Part shown: positions 56,853 through 64,000 of the stretch, piece by piece
Layout of the letters: every line of letters starts with the position of its first letter
Numbering within the stretch: position 1 is the first letter of the stretch
Notes under the pieces: generated by a model
The model's input: only the letters and a program-made list of their open reading frames with translations
What the model was told of the DNA's origin: nothing
Database searches by the model: none
Position numbers and translations under genes: made by a program
Assembly (NCBI GenBank): GCA_021825655.1
Contig: JAKAGU010000005.1
Coordinates: 12,400-76,399 of the forward strand
DNA length: 64,000 nucleotides
Origin: a bacterium
GTDB taxonomy: Bacteria; Patescibacteriota; Doudnabacteria; UBA920
Direction of reading: 5' to 3'

Positions 56853-57682
56853 TGTCTACAAAACTTTTTTTGGATTCGGGCGACCCCAAGGAAACCCGCG
56901 CCGCGCTGGAGCTGCTTGGCCACATAGACGGCCAGACCACCAACCCGTCTTTAATCGCCAAAAATCCGGAAGCCGCGGGTAAAAAATTCAGCGAGGCTGA
57001 AATTTACGCTTTTTATAAAGGCGTGGTCAGCGAAATTTCCGGACTGCTCAAGCCTGAGGCCTCGGTCTCCATTGAAGTTTATGCCGATGCCCAGACCACG
57101 GCCGAAGCCATGCTAAAACAGGCCCGCGAATTCAACGCCTGGATACCCAATGCGCACATTAAGCTGCCCACCACGGCCGAAGGTTTAAAAGCCGCGGAGG
57201 TGCTGGTAGGGGAAGGTGTTCGCGTAAATATGACTTTGGTTTTTTCCCAAAACCAGGCCGCGGCCGTGTACGCGGCCACCCAGGGCGCAAAAAAAGGCGA
57301 CGTCTTTCTGTCGCCCTTCATTGGCCGGTTGGACGACCGGGGAGAAAACGGCCTGGATTTGATTAAAAACATTATGGAAATGTACAAGGCCGGGGACGGC
57401 CACGTGGAAGTTTTGTCCGCTTCGGTGCGGAACCTCCAGCACTTTGTGAAATGCCTGGAATATGGCAGCGATATTATTACCGCGCCTTTAAAAGCCTTTA
57501 AAGAATGGGTGGATGCCGGCCGGCCGGAAAGCCTTGCCCTGCCGGAAAACCAGAATTTAAAGCCTATTGCCTATGAAAATGTAGCTTTATCTAAGCCTTA
57601 TGCAGAATACGATATCCGGCACGAGTTAACCGACAAAGGCCTGGCAAAGTTTGCCCAGGATTGGAACAATTTAATCGCTTAA
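56852..57682 (+). CDS. tal: Transaldolase (short TalC/FSA-like family)
   Basis: FLDS, TTNPSLI, IKLP Schiff-base Lys, NMTLVFS, SPFIGRLDD, ASVR. Confidence 0.92.
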   Translation: MSTKLFLDSGDPKETRAALELLGHIDGQTTNPSLIAKNPEAAGKKFSEAEIYAFYKGVVSEISGLLKPEASVSIEVYADAQTTAEAMLKQAREFNAWIPNAHIKLPTTAEGLKAAEVLVGEGVRVNMTLVFSQNQAAAVYAATQGAKKGDVFLSPFIGRLDDRGENGLDLIKNIMEMYKAGDGHVEVLSASVRNLQHFVKCLEYGSDIITAPLKAFKEWVDAGRPESLALPENQNLKPIAYENVALSKPYAEYDIRHELTDKGLAKFAQDWNNLIA

Positions 57683-57686
57683 CCTC

Positions 57687-57959
57687 ATGAGCCGGGAACA
57701 AGGCGGGGAGTTTGAAAAGAATTTTGACGAATTGGATTTGCACGGCATGTCCCTCAGGGAAGCGGAGCATGCCGTGGAGTTGTTTTTATTCTCGCTGCAC
57801 AAATCCGGAACCGGCTCGGGCAAAATTGTTACGGGCAGGGGGTCGGGCGTGCTGTATAACGGCATAAAAAGGTATCTGGAGAAACATGATTTGGTTAGGA
57901 AGGTTTTTGATCCGCCTGACAGTACGGGCGCAGCCTTTCTGGTTGAATTGGAAAATTAA
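57687..57959 (+). CDS. Stand-alone Smr domain protein
   Basis: LDLHGM..EA, IVTGRGSGVL. Confidence 0.9.
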   Translation: MSREQGGEFEKNFDELDLHGMSLREAEHAVELFLFSLHKSGTGSGKIVTGRGSGVLYNGIKRYLEKHDLVRKVFDPPDSTGAAFLVELEN

Positions 57960-57987
57960 AAAATCCACCTTAAGGTGGATTTTTTAA

Positions 57988-58089
57988 TGGTCGGACTGCT
58001 GGAAACCCTCTTCGCTCCGACTCGTAAGCCTAGGGTGCTACACTCAAAAGCTCCAAATAGTCGCTTTTTTCTCGCACCCTTCGATTCCC
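57988..58089 (-). repeat. Interrupted duplicate of the tRNA-Pro 3' end
   Basis: TGGTCGGACTGCTGGAAA (57988-58005) vs TGGTCGGGCTGCTGGGAA (58136-58153); ~75-bp insert with AGGGTGC/GCACCCT stem; then TCGATTCCC. Confidence 0.65.
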
Positions 58090-58135
58090 TCACTATTAAC
58101 CAAAAGAGAGTATCGAAAAGTTCGACACTCTCTTT

Positions 58136-58209
58136 TGGTCGGGCTGCTGGGAATCGAACCCAGTCTACCTGCTCCCAAAGCAGGCGTACTACCGGTATAC
58201 TACAGCCCG
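58136..58209 (-). tRNA. tRNA-Pro(TGG)
   Basis: Reverse complement CGGGCTG...CCTGC-TTTGGGA-GCAGG...GGTTCGATTCC...CAGCCCGACCA. Confidence 0.95.
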
Positions 58210-58785
58210 AGGTCCAGAGGATATTTTACCATTAGTCTTTGGATTTAACAATTCTGTATAAATAAGACAAGCTTGCTTGACGCGAGGTGAAAAGTGTTTT
58301 ATAATGCGGGAAGTTATGACTACTTTTTTGGAAGTGTTAGAGAGTTTTAAAAATTTGGAAACTGGGTCCCAGAAGACCGGAAAATACCTACAATTTAAGG
58401 TTTTGGCTTATTTAAGCTGAAAATTGTGGTTGTTTTCCGGCTTTTTGATTTTTTGGAAATTTGCCGGGAAATCTGTTTTTAAGGTGTAACAAACCCCAAA
58501 AACTAACGTCTATACATGTGTAAGTCCCAATTTTAGCCTCTGGTAAAGGTTAAAATAGGGAAAATGCCTAAAAACTGCTTATTTTTAGGCAAACAGCCTC
58601 CTATAATGGGGGGTGAATCTCTAGAAGTCTTGAAACAAAAACTCTTAAATTCAAGGCTATTTTATATATTTCGCTTATATATGCGAAACATATAACAGAA
58701 ACAAATGCGTTTTTATCCCAAAATGTTACTAAATGGCTCGAAAATGCATACAACATAGGGTTGAAAACGTATAACTTAGGTAACA

Positions 58786-59151
58786 AGCTTGGAAAAGTGC
58801 CTTTTTTACAGCAAAGGTACTTTTCCGGGCTGGTAACCCTGGTTAAATCCCTTCGGGTAAATTTAACTGGGCAAGTACGGTCCGGAAAATAATTTATTGG
58901 GCGCTTGCAGACGGCAAGCTGCCCTGGTCCCCGAAAAGCCTGTCTTTTTAGGGGGCGGTCGATCTTCGCGGCGCATAGTCGTCCGTGAACTAACCCAATA
59001 CATCTCGTCTTGCTACGAGTTTTAAGGCGATCTCTAGAGCGCTTTCAAGCAAACGGCCAGGCAGATGTAAAACCCAATTAATATTCTCTGAAAACCAGTT
59101 GATTGTCTCAATTGAATAATCAACCCTTCAGAGAGAGGATAAAACTCTAAA
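58786..59151 (+). promoter_or_regulatory. Long structured 5' leader of the S-layer-like gene
   Basis: Stems 58786-58804/58813-58831, 58838-58848/58861-58871, 58919-58927/59057-59064, 59086-59092/59127-59133. Confidence 0.55.
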
Positions 59152-62100
59152 ATGCAAACTTCTGTCGCAAAGAAAATCTTTGCTGTAGGGGTAGCTGCTT
59201 CTACCGTTTTGATGTCCTTGGCTCCGTTCGCGGCTCAGGCTGCGTCCCACGCCGAAGGCACCAACGTTAAAGCTTCCGATGGTACGGTTTCCATGATCAT
59301 CGGTGGCCAGCGCCGCCCTTACACTTCCGCCGGTGCATTCCTTTCCTACGGCTTCAACTCCTGGAGCTCGGTTGTGGATGCTAACGCGGACGATTTGGCC
59401 CTTCCGGTCGGATCTTTCATCCCTCCGCAGGACGGCAAAATCATCTGCTCCGACCGCGGAGCTGACAAAGGCACCTGCTACCTGATTACCGGTGGCCAGA
59501 AAGCCGGCTTTACCAGCGCGGCTGTCTTTACGGGCCTTGGCTTTAGCTTCGCTCGCTCTCAAATGGGCGACGTGTCCTGGATGACCTCCACGACAAACAT
59601 TGACAACACCACCGCGGCTCACCGCGCTGGCGTGCTTGTCAACAACAACGGTACTGTCTACTTGGTCGGTGCTACCGGCCTTTTGGGCATTCCCGACATT
59701 GCTACCTTCAACAGCTGGGGTTACAGCTTCTCCGATGTCGTTGTGGCTAACGCCGCCGACAAGGCGATGTCCCAGACCGGCGTGATGGCTGCTCGCACTG
59801 CGGGCCAGCTTTCCCCGACTGCCTTGACCGGTTCCGGTTCTGGCAGCGGCAGCGGTAGCGTGGTTTCCGGCAATGTCAGCGCCATGTTGGCTTCTGACAC
59901 CCCGGCTGCCAATACTGTCATCACTACTCCGGTAGCCTCTCCTCAGCCCGCCGGTCAGTCTGTTGCGGATTTGGCTCATTTCGCCTTCTCCGGTTCCGGC
60001 ACAGTTACCCAAGTTGTCTTGAACAGAATCGGCATTTCTGCTGACACTGTCTTGAGCAACGTGTACCTGTACGTGAACAACAACAAGGTTACCGATGCGG
60101 CCAGTTTCTCCAACGGCGTGTTGACTTTCAACAACCCGGCTGGCATCTTTACCGTCAGCGGCAACACCGTTGTTTCGGTAAGGGCTGATATTGCTGGTGG
60201 TGTTGGCTCCGGCCAGACCATTGGTGTGCAGTTGTCTTCCTATACGGTTGCCAACGGTACCCCGGCAACTGTTTCCCTTTCTGGTAATCTCATGACCGTG
60301 GCTTCTGTTTCTGACATGGCTACTTTCACCTTGACCGCTGTTCCGACCCCGTCGGCCACCGGCAATGTGACTGCTGGCACTATGAACCAGAGCCTGTGGT
60401 CCGGCAACTTCAACGTGGGTACCCGCAAGGTCAACCTGAAGTATGTGGCCTTCAAACAGGTCGGCTCCGTGCCGGTTGGTTCTTTGCAGAACATGAAATT
60501 GTACGTGGCCGGTTCCCCGGTTGGCTCTCCTGTAGCCACCCTGGACTCCACCAACAACGTAGTGTTTGATATGTCCGGTTCCCCGGTGACTTTGAACACC
60601 GGTTCCCAGACCATTGAACTCCGCGGTGATGTAATTAAGGGTTCTTCCTTTAACTACACCTTCCGCATCCAGACGTCTTCTGACATTGTTGCGGTTGACA
60701 CCAACTATGGCGTTAACCTTCCTGTAGCCTTGAGCGGCGGTGCGGTTTTGCCCGCTACCACGGCTGCCCAAACCATTTCCCAGGGTTCTACTTCCACCCA
60801 GCAGGATGCTTCTTTCACGCAGACTCAGGTGGTCAAGAATTCCTCTAACGTGACTTTGGGCCAGTGGACCATGAAGGCTTACGGCGAAGATGTCAAAGTC
60901 CAGACCATGAATGTCGTGGTCAACTACTTTGACTCCACCGGCGCTGCCACTACCACGACTGCTACCGAAGGCTTTAACAACCTCGGTATCTACGTGAACG
61001 GCGGTATGGTTGGTTCCTCTCAGACCACTGTGGCTCAGACTGGCACCACCCACACTAAGACCTATGGTACGACCAACTTGTTCACCATCCCGGCCGGTAC
61101 TACCGTGACTATCGCGGTTAAGGGCGACATGGCTTTGGACTCCGGCACGAAAGTGGCTTCTGTCCGGGCTGACATTGTTACCCCGGCCAACTCCATGCAG
61201 GGTGTGACTTCTTACCAGACCTTCCCGACTAACCCGGCCACCTTCCAGGGTGTGTCCCAGTCTGTGGTCACTTCCAGCATTACCTTGGCTAAGAATGGTT
61301 CTTTGGCCAACGGTACTCTTAGCACCAATGTGGCTAAGCAGAAGATTGGTTCTTACACTGTCCAGGCTTCCAGCGCTGACGGCGTGAGAGTTTCCAGCCT
61401 GACTGTGGCCATTTCCGGTACTTTGGGCACCACCAACCTGGCTAACCTGTACATCCAGACCCCGTCTGGCTCTGCTACTCCGGTTAACCCGCAGCCTTCC
61501 AACAACTTCTCCGTTGACTTCACGGTTGCGGCCAACCAGGCTGCCACGGTTGATGTCTACGCTGACGTTACCAATGCCACCGGCACTGTGACCACCACCC
61601 TTTTGGGTACGGGCACGGGCACGGTCAGCGGCCAGACTGTTTACTTAAACTCCACCGGTTTGTCCGGCGGCGCTGCGGTAACCGGCCAGACCATGACTTC
61701 CGGCACTGGCACTATTACCAACCCGCCGACTTTGAACACCGGTTCTTCTCCGGTGGCCCAGTTCGTGGTTGGCTCTACCAGCAGCACCAACCAGCCGTTG
61801 GCGACTTACACCTTTGTGTCTAGCAGTGGTGCGTCGACCATCACTGAGTTGCACTTCACCGTTTCCGGCACCAACACCCCGACTGACACCCCGATTACGA
61901 AAGTATACGTGGGCGGCCAGTCCGGCAACGTGCTGAACAACGGTACCACCGAGACGGTTACTGTGACCGGTTTGAACATTTCTGTGCCGAACAGCACAGC
62001 AGGTTTGAACGTGCCGGTTACGGTTGACTTTGCTCCGGTCAGCTCCACGGGCGGCGTTGCGTCCGGTAAGACTGCCTATTTGACCTTGACTTATGTCAAG

Positions 62101-62664
62101 TACACTTCCGGTGGTGTTACCACGACCTTCAGCCCGAGTGTTGCTTCCCCGACCATGACCTTGGTTGCGTCTAAGCCCACTGTGGCCGCGACTCAGCCGA
62201 CCAACAAGTTGGCTGTTGCCAACATCGAAGCTATTGACGTAGCTGTTACGGCTGACGCCAATGGCGACATTACGCTCAACAGCATTCCGTTGACCATTGG
62301 TTTGAGCGGCGCGCAGGCGAGCTCCACCTCGACCAGCAACATTCTTGTTTACAGGTCTACTGACCTGACCACCAACATTGCCACTTCCAACACTGCGTTG
62401 GGCGCGGTTACTGGCGGTACCAGCACTGTTACCTTGGACAACACCAAGACCAGAATTACTGCTGGCCAGACTTTGAATTTGAAGGTCTTCGTCACGTTGA
62501 CCCAGGTGACCTCTGCCACTTCCGGCAGCGACTCCATGGCGACCAACATGGCGACTGGTTCCGGCTTTAGCTGGACCGACACTGCTGGCGGCGGCTCTGC
62601 CACCACCGGCACTTCGCTCATCTCCGGCTACCCGAGCACCTTCACCTCTATTGTTACCAACTAA
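59152..62664 (+). CDS. Large secreted Thr/Ser/Gly/Val-rich surface (S-layer-like) protein
   Basis: Signal peptide ending AQA; N-terminal repeats (RRPYTSAGAFLSYGF, FTGLGFSF, FNSWGYSF); tandem beta-rich modules; strong C/T-ending codon bias. Confidence 0.8.
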   Translation: MQTSVAKKIFAVGVAASTVLMSLAPFAAQAASHAEGTNVKASDGTVSMIIGGQRRPYTSAGAFLSYGFNSWSSVVDANADDLALPVGSFIPPQDGKIICSDRGADKGTCYLITGGQKAGFTSAAVFTGLGFSFARSQMGDVSWMTSTTNIDNTTAAHRAGVLVNNNGTVYLVGATGLLGIPDIATFNSWGYSFSDVVVANAADKAMSQTGVMAARTAGQLSPTALTGSGSGSGSGSVVSGNVSAMLASDTPAANTVITTPVASPQPAGQSVADLAHFAFSGSGTVTQVVLNRIGISADTVLSNVYLYVNNNKVTDAASFSNGVLTFNNPAGIFTVSGNTVVSVRADIAGGVGSGQTIGVQLSSYTVANGTPATVSLSGNLMTVASVSDMATFTLTAVPTPSATGNVTAGTMNQSLWSGNFNVGTRKVNLKYVAFKQVGSVPVGSLQNMKLYVAGSPVGSPVATLDSTNNVVFDMSGSPVTLNTGSQTIELRGDVIKGSSFNYTFRIQTSSDIVAVDTNYGVNLPVALSGGAVLPATTAAQTISQGSTSTQQDASFTQTQVVKNSSNVTLGQWTMKAYGEDVKVQTMNVVVNYFDSTGAATTTTATEGFNNLGIYVNGGMVGSSQTTVAQTGTTHTKTYGTTNLFTIPAGTTVTIAVKGDMALDSGTKVASVRADIVTPANSMQGVTSYQTFPTNPATFQGVSQSVVTSSITLAKNGSLANGTLSTNVAKQKIGSYTVQASSADGVRVSSLTVAISGTLGTTNLANLYIQTPSGSATPVNPQPSNNFSVDFTVAANQAATVDVYADVTNATGTVTTTLLGTGTGTVSGQTVYLNSTGLSGGAAVTGQTMTSGTGTITNPPTLNTGSSPVAQFVVGSTSSTNQPLATYTFVSSSGASTITELHFTVSGTNTPTDTPITKVYVGGQSGNVLNNGTTETVTVTGLNISVPNSTAGLNVPVTVDFAPVSSTGGVASGKTAYLTLTYVKYTSGGVTTTFSPSVASPTMTLVASKPTVAATQPTNKLAVANIEAIDVAVTADANGDITLNSIPLTIGLSGAQASSTSTSNILVYRSTDLTTNIATSNTALGAVTGGTSTVTLDNTKTRITAGQTLNLKVFVTLTQVTSATSGSDSMATNMATGSGFSWTDTAGGGSATTGTSLISGYPSTFTSIVTN

Positions 62665-62725
62665 CAATTGGGTATAGTGCTTAGGCCTGTCCTAAGATGC
62701 GTTGGCTGAAACGTTAAATCAGCAC

Positions 62726-62764
62726 AAACTCCTCCGCCCCCCAAAGGGCGGGGGAGTTTTGTTT
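62726..62764 (+). terminator. Intrinsic terminator
   Basis: AAACTCCTCCGCCC/GGGCGGGGGAGTTT followed by T-rich sequence. Confidence 0.75.
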
Positions 62765-62892
62765 AGGCTTGAAAAAACCTGTAAAATATGCTAAAATATA
62801 TGGGTAATTTAAGAAATCAGAAACGGCTCAAATCTTATTTGACGGGGTAAACATTTGACGGGGCAAACTTAGAATTAATTGAAAATAATTAG

Positions 62893-64000
62893 ATGAAAGC
62901 GTTTTTTTCCAAACATAAGAAAAAGTTGATTTGGCTGGGCATAATTGTCGTGGTGGTCGGCTTTTTTGTTATCCGCAGTCGCAAAACCGACACTTCCGGC
63001 ACCCAGACTGATACGGTAAAAAAACAGGATTTAAAACAAACGGTTTTGGCTACCGGCCAGGTGACCAGCGAGACTGATTTGTCTTTGAGTTTTAAGACTT
63101 CTGGCGTGGTAGGCCGGGTGCCGGTGAAAGTGGGGGACAAGGTAAAGGCCGGCAGCATTTTGGCCAGTTTGCAGGCCAACGACGTGGCCGCACAGGTAAC
63201 CCAAGCCCGGGGTGCGCTAGCCCAAGCCCAGGCGAATTACCAGAAAGTTTTAAACGGCGCTTCCAATGAAGATGTGGCTGTGGCCCAGGTGACTTTGGAT
63301 AATGCCAAGACTAATTTGGTGACTACAACCCAGCAGCAGCAGGTGGCCGTAGACAACGCCTACAAGGCGCTGATGAATTCCGGCCTGGCTGCCATTCCCG
63401 GCACGGGCAATACAGGCAGTGTGACAGCCACCATTACCGGTACTTATACGGGCAAGGATCAGGGTTTGTATAAAGTAAATATTATTGCCACAGGCGATGG
63501 GTTTAAATACCAGTATTCGGGCCTGGAAACCGGCGGCGGCAATGTGGACGTTACGCCCCAGCCTTTGGGCACTAAAGGGTTATATATCCAATTTTCCAGC
63601 ACCAGCGTGCCGACCAATAACACTTGGACTGTGAGCCTGCCTAATACCCAGGCAACAGCTTACGTGACCAATTACAATGCCTACCAGGCGGCTTTGCAGG
63701 CGCAGAGTGTGGCCATTAGCCAGGCGCAGGCCAGCGTAGACGCTGCCCAGGCCGCTTTGGACTTAAAGCGGGCCAAGGCCCGGCCAGCGGATTTGGACGC
63801 TGCCCAGGCCGCAATTTTGACGGCACAGGGCCAGGTGCAGGCCGCGCAGGCGAGCTTGGACAATACGGTTATTGTTGCGCCTTCGGACGGCACTGTTACT
63901 TCGGTGGATGTTAAAGTCGGCGAGCTGGCCACTGCTTTAAAGGAAGCAATTATTTTGCAGGACGTGAGCAACCTGCATGTGGAAGCCAATATTTCCGAGG
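62893..64000 (+). CDS. Efflux periplasmic adaptor subunit (MacA/HlyD family), 3' truncated by window; not in ORF track
   Basis: MKAFFSKHKKKLIWLGIIVVVVGFF, V.ATGQV, LSFKTSGVV..V.VKVGDKVKAG, coiled coil, IVAPSDGTVTSVDVKVGE. Confidence 0.92.
   Translation, partial: MKAFFSKHKKKLIWLGIIVVVVGFFVIRSRKTDTSGTQTDTVKKQDLKQTVLATGQVTSETDLSLSFKTSGVVGRVPVKVGDKVKAGSILASLQANDVAAQVTQARGALAQAQANYQKVLNGASNEDVAVAQVTLDNAKTNLVTTTQQQQVAVDNAYKALMNSGLAAIPGTGNTGSVTATITGTYTGKDQGLYKVNIIATGDGFKYQYSGLETGGGNVDVTPQPLGTKGLYIQFSSTSVPTNNTWTVSLPNTQATAYVTNYNAYQAALQAQSVAISQAQASVDAAQAALDLKRAKARPADLDAAQAAILTAQGQVQAAQASLDNTVIVAPSDGTVTSVDVKVGELATALKEAIILQDVSNLHVEANISE

Noticed and set aside
57975-58235. 86-aa ORF
   Set aside because: Antisense to tRNA-Pro and its duplicated end.
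59128-62667. 641-aa and 340-aa antisense ORFs
   Set aside because: Expected shadows of a gene with strongly biased codon usage.

Overview
64 kb of bacterial chromosome that looks like Patescibacteria/CPR. This is inferred from gene content and order: lepB-hisS-like-HIT-rpsU-yqeY-ftsA, DUF5663, ComEC without an MBL domain, and a giant S-layer-like protein. Most genes are housekeeping: topA, dprA, pth, der, ftsA/ftsZ, purB, nrdR-nrdJ, ndk, rel, mutM, groES/EL, rpmF-nusB, HU, metK and a tkt-glpX-tal sugar-phosphate cluster. RNA and regulatory elements are three tRNAs (Val-CAC, Gly-TCC, Pro-TGG), a SAM-I riboswitch, two NrdR boxes, a variant CIRCE and a probable 6S-like RNA. No CRISPR array, rRNA, integrase or transposase was seen. 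Most unusual observations: (1) an intact tRNA-Val inside a 15-bp inverted repeat that itself interrupts the D-loop of a partial copy of the same tRNA, plus an analogous T-loop-interrupted duplicate next to tRNA-Pro; (2) an AT-rich single-gene cassette after nusB bounded by 24-bp direct repeats with recombinase-site-like symmetry; (3) a HisRS paralog that has lost its catalytic motifs; (4) an NrdR-controlled nrdJ-cobO-DUF4430-DUF6580 minimal B12 uptake/activation module; (5) a 7-kb insert between ftsA and ftsZ carrying a ~1560-aa gluzincin-tipped protein; (6) a structured RNA followed by five single-TM microproteins; (7) a stand-alone CarB lid-domain microprotein. All calls come from reading motifs by eye; no database searches or folding were run, and GC remarks are visual estimates.
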